A stretch of 64,000 nt of DNA from Veleropilina oligotropha (Eukaryota). The stretch lies in contig JBEUKZ010000029.1 of the NCBI GenBank assembly GCA_048128005.1, positions 1 through 64,000 on the forward strand, given 5' to 3'. Positions 1-9,749 of this stretch are shown here, in pieces. Below the pieces are notes generated by a model that was not told the origin of the DNA, did not search any database, and saw only the letters and a list, made by a program, of their open reading frames with translations. The position numbers were made by a program, and so were the translations under genes. Positions within the stretch are counted from its first letter, which is position 1. Every line of letters begins with the position of its first letter.

Positions 1-21
1 AAAATTCAACCTCGTGTGTAC

Positions 22-1028
22 CTTATGAAAGAACAAAAATCGCGAGCAATTGGAATGCTGCAGTCCGGACAGTCCCTAAATGCAGTGGCCAGGTTGTTTG
101 GGAAGTCAAAGAGCGAATTTTCGCCATTCTTTCTGATACACCGTCGGACCGACAATGTTAAAATTAAGACATGGGGAGGAATACTCCGTAAAAGCACCCC
201 AAGGGAAGACTGCCTCCCGGGATCATTGCCCTCAGAAATCGGTTCGTCATCGCACCCGAATTAAAGATGGACATACGGACAGCTACAGGAATACGGTTAC
301 CGACCTCTACCGTACGTCGTTGACTGCGCAGTTACGGCTTAAAGTCACGACGTCTCATGGATAGTGTGACAGTGACTTCGAATCCCAGACGCTGGTGTTT
401 GGAGTGTGTACGGCAAAATCAGGGACGAAGTCGGCGTCTTTGGTGCTACGTAATGTTTATTGATCAGTCGATATACTGTTTACACTTTAAGGATATTCGT
501 AAACGCGCGTGGCGCAATCGTGGTGAGAGATTTGTCCCAGCCACCATCATGGCGCACGATTATGTTGGCAGCGGCATTGTGCTGGCCTGGGGATGCATTT
601 CCTATGACAGGGGGACCGATCGACGCATTATTCGGGGCAACATGTCGTTAGCGTTAAGCCAATCTGATTTTACCATCAGTGGGTGCATCTACGGCGAACA
701 GAATGGGCCAAACGTTGTCCTTCAATGTTATAATGCTCACCCTCATGGGGCGCGTGTTTCAGCGGACCTCCTGGCTCAAGTAGGCACGGGGCTGCTTCCA
801 TGGCCTGCTAAATCTCCAGACATGAACCCCAAAGAGCATGTTTGGGGTGTTTTAGGCAGACGTGATCATTGGCGACGACCTTAACCAGCATCACCTGAAC
901 AGTTGGTTGATGCGCTTCAGCAGGAAGGACACCTCATTCCAAGAGAGACAATATGTCGGGTCATCGCCAATATGCCTTTCAGATGTTGTTGTTGTGTTTT
1001 AACACATGGTGGATATACCAGATACTGA
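22..1028 (+). pseudogene. Degenerate Tc1/mariner transposase
   Basis: Frameshifted pieces: RAIGMLQSG (HTH), WRNRGERF, AWGCISY, NAHPH, WPAKSPDMNPKEHVW, ending GGYTRY-stop at ~1028; same architecture as the intact Tc1 at 59836. Confidence 0.85.
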
Positions 1029-1115
1029 CTTCGTCATATCCCTTTAGTGTCATACGTTTGGCAAGCAAAGCCTAATTATCCTATGAATTCGGGGTTCCTT
1101 TATTTTTGACGCCAC

Positions 1116-1249
1116 GTGTACACACATACACACACGACACGCATACACACACACTTATACACACACAAACACACACACACACACTTATACACACACACAC
1201 ACACACACACATGCACACACTTATACACACACACACTTATACACACACA

Positions 1250-1280
<31 letters not shown>

Positions 1281-1393
1281 TTATACACACACCCACACTT
1301 ATACACACACCCACACTTATACCCATACCCACACCTATACCCACACCCACACTTATACCCACACCCACACTCGTTACTTATAACCACACCCGC
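1116..1393. repeat. (CA)n / CACACTTATAC(C) simple repeat, left flank of element 1
   Basis: Directly visible; the same motif resumes after 17258. Confidence 0.95.
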
Positions 1394-1492
1394 AGCAGCA
1401 GGGGGGGTGACCATACCTTTTATGTGGGGGTGCGGCGAGGGAAATTAAGGCTCCCAGCACCTTTTCAGAATTAATATGGATCTCAACTCAGC

Positions 1493-1735
1493 AGCAGGGG
1501 GGGTGAATGCACTTTTTAGAATGGGAAAATAAGGCTCCCAGCACCATTTCAGAACTGAGCTGGTATTACTGAGGGGAACTAGGGAGTTCAGACTAGGGCC
1601 CCGGGGCGACCGTGGAGGCTCCCAGCACCCTTTCAGACCCCAGGGTATATCGTGTATTACAAAAAGTTACCGTGTGTACAGAGCGAGTAGCATGTAGTAA
1701 GAGCCCCAGGGACGGCCCACTACCCTCGCCGGCCC
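1493..1735 (+). repeat. Left TIR of element 1 (243 bp)
   Basis: Reverse complement of 17016-17258; no mismatch seen by eye. Confidence 0.95.
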
Positions 1736-1784
1736 GGGCTCTTGTGTGTTAGTGTCATAACCTATTTAGAGACTGGTATATACG

Positions 1785-2084
1785 ATGGTATACGCGATAA
1801 CTATGTGGGGAAAGAATGTATGCCCTTGGTTGACAGTTAATGCCGCTGGAGTTTGTGGTCGTAGCTGCGTCAACGAATTTTGCAATGCCCATCGACGGCA
1901 AATTCGGATGGGTATAACACCATCCCCGCCATGTAAGAGATGTGGCAAGGGCACGAAATCGGCCGTTCTGGTGTGTAGACCATGTGGAGGTCGTCGTGCC
2001 GCCCAGGCTCTCATAAACACTAAAAACCGAGCTCGCCGTCTCTACGGCGCAGTATTGCGCGAGTTGCTGTCGCGCACGACATAA
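1785..2084 (+). CDS. Small Cys/His-rich (zinc-finger-like) protein
   Basis: CxW...CGxSC...FCxxH...CxxCGK...CxxC pattern; homolog at 40648-40923 in the same position. Confidence 0.75.
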   Translation: MVYAITMWGKNVCPWLTVNAAGVCGRSCVNEFCNAHRRQIRMGITPSPPCKRCGKGTKSAVLVCRPCGGRRAAQALINTKNRARRLYGAVLRELLSRTT

Positions 2085-2125
2085 AAAGTTCCAATTAGAG
2101 ACTTGTGTTGTAGGGTCATATCGCG

Positions 2126-5100
2126 ATGGAACGTGTCTCCCTCAGAGAACTGCGCAATCTAGCGAAAGATTATGGGATTCCCGCTCGGTCGAAGCTCAAG
2201 AAGCATGACCTCATCAGGGCAATCGCCGGGGTCCGTGCTGCGGAGTTTCGGAGCAGACTCGAGCGGGCGATGAAAACGGGAAGGTTCCCCTCCATCCGTG
2301 GAGATGTGGAGAACCCCCACAAAAGAGGCCGACGTGCTCGCGAGTTGCGGCAGATTAAGGACGAGGTCGACGCCGCCCTGCAGGCTCGTAAATACGAATC
2401 CCAAGCTGAGAAAAATCCCACGATTCGACTGAAGCCACTTCGCGCCATCACGGATCGAATCGTCAAGCGGTCTCGGAAAGAGACCCTTGCCCATGCTATT
2501 GCTCGGAAGGGGCCCGATCTTCTCATCTCCAAAACGCCCCGGACAGCCCAGGACTACCAGAAGGATCTTCTAGGGCAATTTACCACACCCGAGGGACAAC
2601 GATTCATCGACCTGGATGACCAGGTCCCTCCCCCAGTAAGGCTCCCAGCAAAAGAGCCATGGGTGGAACTCTTGAGCGACGCCAAAGACGAGTTTGAGGT
2701 CGATGGCGCCGCAGCGGCCTTCTCCACATGGAGGATAGAAGTGGCTGGACGGCTGGCCCTGGATGCCCGTATGACAGATGCAAGGGCGGCACAGCTCCTC
2801 ACAGCCCTTCCAAAGGGCGAGTATGTCCTTAGAATAAAGTTCTTGCGTGAGTGGAGTGAGGGCGACTGGATGGTCGAAGACAAGTTTGACCCGGTGAAAG
2901 CTGCGAGAAAGAAGGGCCAGGGTGTCTTTGAGATCTCTCAGGACACTAAGCTGGGTGCTATCACTGGGGTCGACAAAGTATATTACGAGAACGCCTACCC
3001 GGTCACTGCAGTCGTCTACGGCGTCTATCCTCTCAGAGAACCAAACCCCGCCAATCTGGTTCCGATGAAGAACGGCGACCTCAACTGCGTTGCCCAACGA
3101 GTGGTTGAGCACTTCGAAGGTGCCCTTAGAGGACACGGACTCACCCCGACAAGGCGGCAGAAAATACTGGAGTGGGAAGAGCGAGTTCATGTAACAGGCG
3201 CCACTGTGGATGATATAGCTACCCTCGAGAAGATCCTCAAACGGGCGATCACCTTGAGAGACATTGCAGGTGCCGACATCTACAACAGTGGGAAATACCA
3301 GGCCAGTATGTGGAAGTCCGTAGAACTCATCTGTCACAACGGCCACGCCTGGTCGAAGGACCTACACTTCCCGCAAAGTAGAGAGGTCCACCTGTATGAG
3401 GGCGATGTCTGGGAAGCGATCCGACAAGCCACACCGAACGAGCCATTAGCTGTCTGGCTCCTTGGCGGTACAGACCGACAGCTCAACGTGAACCAGTTCG
3501 TGCTGCAAGACGGTCGCACGTACCGGACGAAAGATGATCACGAGAGACTCCAAGAAGCCTGTACAGCGCTGGGAAACGAGTCCCTAGCCGATCGAGCCTT
3601 TGGCGTGAACCATGCAGCTAGCATTATAGCCAAAGAGCACAACGGCTGGAAACCCACCCCAGCCAGCCTGCTCGATGACATCCAGAAGGCTTGTGTAGAG
3701 CATGGCCATGGCGGTCTCTGGAATTCCATGGGCTATGACACGAGAGATGTCTGCTGCATCGATATGAAAGCCTGCTACCCTGCAAGCTTTCAGGGGAAGG
3801 GCGAGGCTAAGCCATATTTCGAAAGATTCGGACACCCAACCCACAGCATGACCCGGGTCGCAATTAACGGTCCTCTTCCCCAAGAAATCGGCACCGGGTT
3901 TGCCGAGGTCGTGGAATGGGAGTTTGCACAAGAAATCCACCCCGTCATTGTAGCATGGTTCGGAAAGCACTTTGCAGAGAATGGATGGGCCCCGACGCCT
4001 CTGCTCGCCTTCCTCGTAGAATCTGGACTGCTAAAAAGCCTCAAGATCCGAGAGGCCATCATCGCTTTCAAAAAGCAACTCGATGTCTGGCTTCCGGAGA
4101 ATCGTGACCAGGGCTGCAGTATTATCGGCAAATTCACCCAAGGCGCCAAAGCTGACGGAAAGCGATTGACTCGTAGACTGGTGACCGACCAGGGTGAGCT
4201 CGACTTCCTCGTAAGAGACACCCGCCAAAGCGGCACCCTGGTTGGCGCTCCTCAGAGATGCCCTATGGGGCACATCCTCACGTACTATGATGGCTCCCAG
4301 CCTCAGTACGCCCACCTGAGGGCGTCCATGTTGGCCTATGCCCACATAAACCTCTTGAGCATGCTCAAGCGTTTCAGTGCAGCAGAAGCTGTCCGGGTAG
4401 CCACTGACAGCATCTACCTCAAGAAGGCCTCGTTGGAGAAGCTCGACGATGTCACGGTGTACGTTGCCCCCAAACTCTGCGACTGTCGCAGCCAATCGTG
4501 CATCTCATGTCTGATCGCGGAGCCGTACCTTCCGCCAGTAGCACCGGCCCAGTGGCGTGACAAGGGCGAACAGCTGTACATGCCACAGGAACATGCCGCA
4601 TACCTACCCAAGCCGGAGTACACGCAGTCCGAGAAGGACATGCCGCCGAGCACCGCGCCATGCTACAATGACACACTGACCCACCATCGCCTGAGTTACC
4701 TCAATGGTGGAGGGGGCTGTGGCAAGACTACGAGAGCGATCGAGCTCTTTCGGGCAAGGAATCCCGTCGTGTTCACACCAACCCACCGCCTCGCTAAAGA
4801 GATGGAACCAGAGGCGTCAAAGCCCAGACCTACCACAGCTTCTTCCGATGGAGCGGCCAGAACGACTGGACGCCTGATCGCATGGGTCAGAAGTTCATCC
4901 CACGCGTCATTATCTGGGACGAGGTCTGTACTGTTCCCCGGCACATCCTCGAGATGTTCTTGGACTGGCTGGGCCAGCACGAAGTGCAGGTTATCTGCTG
5001 TGGCGATCAAGGCCAGCCACCACCGATTACGGGCGAGATGCCGCACGATTGGCTGCGAAAGACCGCGGACTACTATGAAGAGATCGAAGTAGACTACAGG

Positions 5101-5976
5101 GTGAAAGACGACCCTGCCCTCCAAGCCCTGAAAAGACGTATCCGTCTCCAGCCCGACAAAGTCCAGTGCGACGAGATGCGACGGACCCTCCCCAGCTGCA
5201 TCGGATGGGACCGGTTCGTCAACACCTGGAAGCCACGCGACCTAATCCTCACCAGCCGTCAGAAGGTCCGCGAACGGGCTCAACAGCTGTTGCTCCAGAG
5301 GCACAAGGAGCACTTCCCAGACTCCATGGTGCCTATCCTGTACCACCCCAGGGACACCCGTAAGCAAAACATCATGGTAACGATTCCGGGCACCAGCGAC
5401 AGAGAGGAGCTAGTTCTGAACGACGTCGTCGAGGTCACCATTGACGCCGCTGAGCGGGCTATCCTGACCCCGGATTGGCGCCTGGGCTATGCTCTCACCA
5501 TCCATTCGAGCCAGGGTCTTACGATTCACGACCCGCAGAGGGTCTGGATCATCGATGACTACCTTCAGTGGAGTAATCTCGCCTACCTAGCCTTGTCCCG
5601 GGTGGAGCTGCTGCATCAGCTCGAACGGGTAACCTGTCCTCCGGATGAGGGTGCTGAGGACAGGCCCCGGCCGCAAACCGAGCAACAGCTCCGAAAGACC
5701 ATCCAGAAAAAGCTTGTGGCGTACAAACGCCAGGACCAGGCCAAGGGACTCCTGGGGTTTAACCTCAAGGTCGATAACATCCTGCAGCTCAAAGACGCCC
5801 AAAACAACCGCTGCGCGGCATGCAACATAGAGCTGCTCTGGGCCTACCAGCCCAAAGACACACAGCAGTTCAGTGTCGACCGTGTGGACAACCGCAGGGG
5901 CCACATCCGCGACAACGTGCGCTTAACGTGTCTGGAATGTAACCGAAAACGAGGATTTGCGGTTGTTAACGCCTGA
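2126..5976 (+). CDS. Fusion of degenerate protein-primed family B DNA polymerase, SF1 (PIF1/RecD-like) helicase and C-terminal HNH-like domain; one 1-bp frameshift near 4805
   Basis: N-terminal LRELRNLAKDYGIP..KLKKHDLI (Rho-N/HeH-like); PolB-like IDMKACYP, SIIGKF, VATDS; helicase GGGGCGKTT, IIWDE, CGDQGQPPP, TIHSSQGLT, AYLALSR; CAAC...SVDRVDN..GH...N...CLECN. Element 2 is in frame across this frameshift site. Confidence 0.88.
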
Positions 5977-6964
5977 GAACCGGCGGCAGCTGGGTATCAC
6001 GAGGCACCACGAGAAGTTCCTCTCGAACAAACCCACGCAGTGGTCCATCCAGCAAGTAGTAGAGCACAGGCTCGTCAGGCTTAGTGACGGAGCGTCCAAG
6101 CCTGTAAACTTTTAGAGACCACACCGGGTCAGTAGCACGGCGGCGACCACCCTCCAACTCACCGGGTTGGTATAGGTATCGAACATCTACATCAGAGGGG
6201 AGTTTCAGTTCCTTCCCCTGTCGGTCTGGAACAGTGGCGCCTGGCTTTTGGGCAACGCGAGGTGCCTTAATGGCATCCTTTGGCTTTTTACCGGTCAGCC
6301 TGGTCACTTCCCCATTCAAGGCCGCAACTACAGCGGGCAGCCTAGCCACCCACTCAGTTGACCTTTGACCCTCTTTCTTTGACCCTGTAAAACTCATCTC
6401 TGTTGCATACTGGTGCCCGAAGAGCCGCTCAGCGAGCGTCCGGTTGAAGCGCTCCACAATCCCTTGATCGCGATGGATATCCACACGGCCACGCCTAACC
6501 TCGACGTTGTGTGTAGCCAGCAGCTGGGAAACCGTGCCCATAAACTCTCGCCCTGGGTCGACTTGAAGCAGTTTCGGCCAGCTAAGAGGACTCCGCCTGT
6601 AGATTTGAGATAGAGCTTCAGCAACCCCTTTGGCCTCTTTTGTGACCAGAGGCTCAGCCTCTTTAAAGCGACTGGCCACATCAACCACAGTCAAAGCGTA
6701 CTTGTACGTTTTACGGCCGACCTTGTCATGGGGCAGAAACAGGAGATCGGCTTGGTGAACCTCGTTCGGCGTCGTAACGTCAAACCGTGGTCTTGGAATC
6801 CGCCGTGGCGCAGGTAAATAGATCTGCCATATAGCTTGCCTCTTAAGCCATGTCCGGGCCTCCGCTTCAGACGCCTTGGCAGCCTCAGCTAGTTTCTTTA
6901 TCGCGGCAATGCCTTTCCAGTAGCCCTTAGGGCTGTAGTATATCCTCGCAAGCTTACTATCCAT
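5966..6964 (-). CDS. Retroviral-like (rve) DDE integrase, Polinton type, no chromodomain evident
   Basis: HQADLLF, LTVVDVASRF, QVDPGREF, IVERFNRTL; N-terminal YYSP motif; ATG at 6964. Confidence 0.93.
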   Translation of the reverse strand: MDSKLARIYYSPKGYWKGIAAIKKLAEAAKASEAEARTWLKRQAIWQIYLPAPRRIPRPRFDVTTPNEVHQADLLFLPHDKVGRKTYKYALTVVDVASRFKEAEPLVTKEAKGVAEALSQIYRRSPLSWPKLLQVDPGREFMGTVSQLLATHNVEVRRGRVDIHRDQGIVERFNRTLAERLFGHQYATEMSFTGSKKEGQRSTEWVARLPAVVAALNGEVTRLTGKKPKDAIKAPRVAQKPGATVPDRQGKELKLPSDVDVRYLYQPGELEGGRRRATDPVWSLKVYRLGRSVTKPDEPVLYYLLDGPLRGFVREELLVVPRDTQLPPVLRR

Positions 6965-7178
6965 CAGCAATGTATTCCAGTAAACTGATCAGTCTCCAAC
7001 AGGCTTCAGCTTCCGGAGCCGGTCGCTGCGCAGTCGTCTCCCGTAGGTTGGTCGGGCCCGAGAGCACCAGGACCGCGAACCGCACCATAGTCTTTTCGTC
7101 GCAGCGCCAGCAGTCGAGTAACGTAGTACTATAGCCGACCGCAAGCATAGCGCAGTACAGCTCTTCTGGGAGCCCCAT
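6957..7178 (-). CDS. Small hypothetical viral protein
   Basis: Homolog at 35552-35842 in element 2. Confidence 0.6.
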   Translation of the reverse strand: MGLPEELYCAMLAVGYSTTLLDCWRCDEKTMVRFAVLVLSGPTNLRETTAQRPAPEAEACWRLISLLEYIADG

Positions 7179-7218
7179 TACTATACATGCCCACGAAAAA
7201 AATGTCCACTGGAAATAA

Positions 7219-7650
7219 TTAGGCGAGCTTGTAGGCTACCAACCCGGTCGCAGCCATCCCCAGGATGATGAAGGTGATCTCACGTCCCTTCTGGGCATCG
7301 CTCGGTGTGTAGTAGTCAGACAGCTGGGGCTCAGGGCCACCTCCCACAGTGGTGGGGTCAAGTTTCTTGCCGGTGATCAATGCATACTCACGGATAGCGG
7401 CGTCAACATCTCGGAATGTCCCAACAGCGTGACCCTGGCGGCGAAGTTCAACGTTCAGCCAGTCGAGACGCTCTGCCCTCTGTTGTGACCATTTAGTCTG
7501 AGCAGCGTTGAGCTGCTCTACAGCAATGTCGTGGCGTTTACGCTCCGCATCAACACCGGAGCTGCGTAGCTTCGAGAAGAGGAAGTTGGAGCCGCTGAAG
7601 GCGAGGGCGTTGACGAGAGCGCCCCCAACCAGCATCGCAATGGAAGCCAT
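7219..7650 (-). CDS. Hypothetical protein with hydrophobic N- and C-termini (membrane/virion candidate)
   Basis: MASIAMLVGGALVNALAFSGSNF...ITFIILGMAATGLVAYKLA; homolog at 35073-35503. Confidence 0.75.
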   Translation of the reverse strand: MASIAMLVGGALVNALAFSGSNFLFSKLRSSGVDAERKRHDIAVEQLNAAQTKWSQQRAERLDWLNVELRRQGHAVGTFRDVDAAIREYALITGKKLDPTTVGGGPEPQLSDYYTPSDAQKGREITFIILGMAATGLVAYKLA

Positions 7651-7681
7651 TGAAATGCTGCGATTATCTAGCAAGGTCCCA

Positions 7682-7921
7682 CTACTTCAATATATCGGCC
7701 GGAATGATGCCTTGCTTGATCAGCATGTCTTTCGTCGCCATGGCGAGCGCTACGTCGAGGACGACCATCTCGACATCGTACCCCGTGAAGTCCAGTTTGG
7801 GGCTCGCCCCCTTGAAGGCCATCTTTACTAGGCGTGAGTAGCCAATGGCGAGGCCGGACACTATAGTGGCGTGGTATACAGCGTTGCCGAGCATCTTTCC
7901 ATCAGTGATTGGGGTAGTCAT
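7682..7921 (-). CDS. 79-aa hydrophobic viral protein
   Basis: Near-identical ORF at 34813-35052. Confidence 0.8.
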   Translation of the reverse strand: MTTPITDGKMLGNAVYHATIVSGLAIGYSRLVKMAFKGASPKLDFTGYDVEMVVLDVALAMATKDMLIKQGIIPADILK

Positions 7922-7950
7922 AACTGTTGATTAGTACTATTGATTTGCGA

Positions 7951-8442
7951 CTATTGCATATGAAAAGGGTTCTGCTTCTTCAATTCGATAGTGGGGGCGG
8001 CCCGAGGCTGCCTAGCGTCCGCGTCTGGTGGCTGTTGATGTGGTGTGGATGGACCAGGGTTGCTGCGTTCTGAGGACGTCTTCCAGACAACAAATACCAG
8101 CGCAACCGTACCGGCAGCGACGGCTACCTGGGTCCAATTAAATAGGTCCGATTTCCGTGTATCTGGCGCACGCGGTCTTTCTGCGGCTGGAACCGCCTCC
8201 CCGGGCTGTTCTGATGGAACGACAACACTTGTTGGGGCACTCAGGTCTTCTTTCATTTTTCGAACCGCGGCCAGTAGCTTCTCCTGCTTGGCTTTTCGAG
8301 CAGCAGCGCCGGCCCGACCTGCAGCCACTTTTTTCGGGTCCTTTTTACTCACTGATGAGTCTGTCGATGAAGTCACCCTCTCTATCGGCTGGCTCTCGAT
8401 CGGCTGGCTCGACATCGTTTGGTCCACTTCCTGCGTTGTCAT
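7951..8442 (-). CDS. Basic protein with single TM helix
   Basis: KKVAAGRAGAAARKAKQE and terminal NPF(H/Y)M conserved with 34294-34800; start inferred at MTT. Confidence 0.7.
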   Translation of the reverse strand: MTTQEVDQTMSSQPIESQPIERVTSSTDSSVSKKDPKKVAAGRAGAAARKAKQEKLLAAVRKMKEDLSAPTSVVVPSEQPGEAVPAAERPRAPDTRKSDLFNWTQVAVAAGTVALVFVVWKTSSERSNPGPSTPHQQPPDADARQPRAAPTIELKKQNPFHMQ

Positions 8443-9085
8443 CTTGATCTCGCTCTGGTATTTTAGGCGGGCAGACGTGTCCAAATCGGCAGTGCTTAGC
8501 CGTGGTCAACGCTGCGGTCAGCGGTGCGAGGTACATGCCGTACTTGTGATACAGCTCACAGCTTGCAGTGCACAGCGCATGTGAGATGAAAGGGTCGGCC
8601 TCGAGGTCAGCGATCAAACGTAGCTGATTTTGTGGTGGGATGGGCAAGAGCATCCCAGCTGCCCCCGCATAGAGGTTTATAGCTGCAGTCCCCAGGGTCT
8701 TCGTCATCTCCGCACCTAACCTCACTTCATACCGTGCGTAGTGTTTTTCAACCTCTTCGTCGGTCATAGCGTCGATCCGGTCAACTGTGAGGTTGCTCCC
8801 CCCCAAGTATTTGCCTGCCTGTCCTCCAATGGCTAATGCTGCAAGCCTCTCCCGTTTCTCTGCTACGCCGGTTTTAGGGTCCTCGGGCATCGAGCGGGGT
8901 GGCCCGGCCACGGTCATTTCTTGTTCGTCATCCATAAGTTGATCGATGAGGCTGTCCGTCCTTAAGCGTTTCCAACATCTCCTCGTCAGTCTAATATAGC
9001 GATAATGCCAATACCATAACGTTGCGAGTAGGAGCAAGATTAGGCTCTGGCTGCAAGCAAAAGCTAGATATACAGCGTCCGACAT
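8345..9085 (-). CDS. Hypothetical protein with N-terminal TM segment
   Basis: Conserved with 33647-34388 (KRERLAALA, LIADLEADPFISHAL, HCRFGH). Confidence 0.75.
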   Translation of the reverse strand: MSDAVYLAFACSQSLILLLLATLWYWHYRYIRLTRRCWKRLRTDSLIDQLMDDEQEMTVAGPPRSMPEDPKTGVAEKRERLAALAIGGQAGKYLGGSNLTVDRIDAMTDEEVEKHYARYEVRLGAEMTKTLGTAAINLYAGAAGMLLPIPPQNQLRLIADLEADPFISHALCTASCELYHKYGMYLAPLTAALTTAKHCRFGHVCPPKIPERDQDDNAGSGPNDVEPADREPADREGDFIDRLISE

Positions 9086-9116
9086 GCTAGGTAGTGCTGT
9101 AGATGCTAGGCAGATG

Positions 9117-9749
9117 CTAAAGCACACTATAAGCAACGGGCTGATCAGTTTTCAACAGAAGCTTAGCGTGTCGTGTCTCGGCCAACAGCCGGCGAACCTC
9201 GGTCCGTTCATCCTGCGACAGGATTACATCGTTCTCGCGCAGACAGTCCTCGAAACTGTCGCGGTCCTTGCAATGGAACAGCGCGACCCAGCGGGTCTGC
9301 TCTCTGAGCTCCTTCAAGACCGAGTTGTACTTTTGCGTCACTACCCATACGCTCTGGGAAGCATGCCTGCCGCTGAAGGCCAACAAAGTCAGCATGTCCC
9401 GTTTTTTGGCGAGGGCTTTGCTGGCGGCGCAGTCGTCGATTATGTACAGAGTCGACTCCCCCTGAAACAGCCGGTAGAACCCCCGCAGCCAGTCATGGAG
9501 TCGCTCACCCGGGGGGACTAAATACACCTCAGGGTCGGTCCAGATCCACGGACAAGACTGGTATGCCTTGTTGAACTTGATCGTGGGGCAGAGGATCACG
9601 ATATGCCGGAAGACGCCTCGATACTCCCCTTCCAGCAGTTCAAGCATGAAAACCGTCTTCCCACAACCGGTCTGGCCGCAGATGATTGCGGAGTGGGGGT
9701 CCTTGGTGTGCGGAAATCGTTTAGTACAGTGCTTCGACGAATCGGCCAT
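9117..9749 (-). CDS. A32/FtsK-like genome-packaging ATPase
   Basis: Walker A GQTGCGKT, Walker B YIIDD, SGRH motif, VVTQ; overlaps the end of the capsid candidate. Confidence 0.9.
   Translation of the reverse strand: MADSSKHCTKRFPHTKDPHSAIICGQTGCGKTVFMLELLEGEYRGVFRHIVILCPTIKFNKAYQSCPWIWTDPEVYLVPPGERLHDWLRGFYRLFQGESTLYIIDDCAASKALAKKRDMLTLLAFSGRHASQSVWVVTQKYNSVLKELREQTRWVALFHCKDRDSFEDCLRENDVILSQDERTEVRRLLAETRHAKLLLKTDQPVAYSVL

Noticed and set aside
1100..1474. His/Thr- and Cys/Val-rich ORFs
   Set aside because: They are translations of the (CA)n microsatellite; the same applies to 17204-17864 and 19946-20202.
1694..1743. HDV-like ribozyme in the TIR GC block
   Set aside because: I could not build the nested double pseudoknot on either strand.
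4800..4890. Programmed frameshift between polymerase and helicase
   Set aside because: Element 2 is in frame here and broken elsewhere; the site is a 1-bp deletion without a slippery motif.
2159..5904. Numerous antisense and alternate-frame ORFs within viral genes
   Set aside because: Expected shadows of GC-rich coding DNA, with no motifs.
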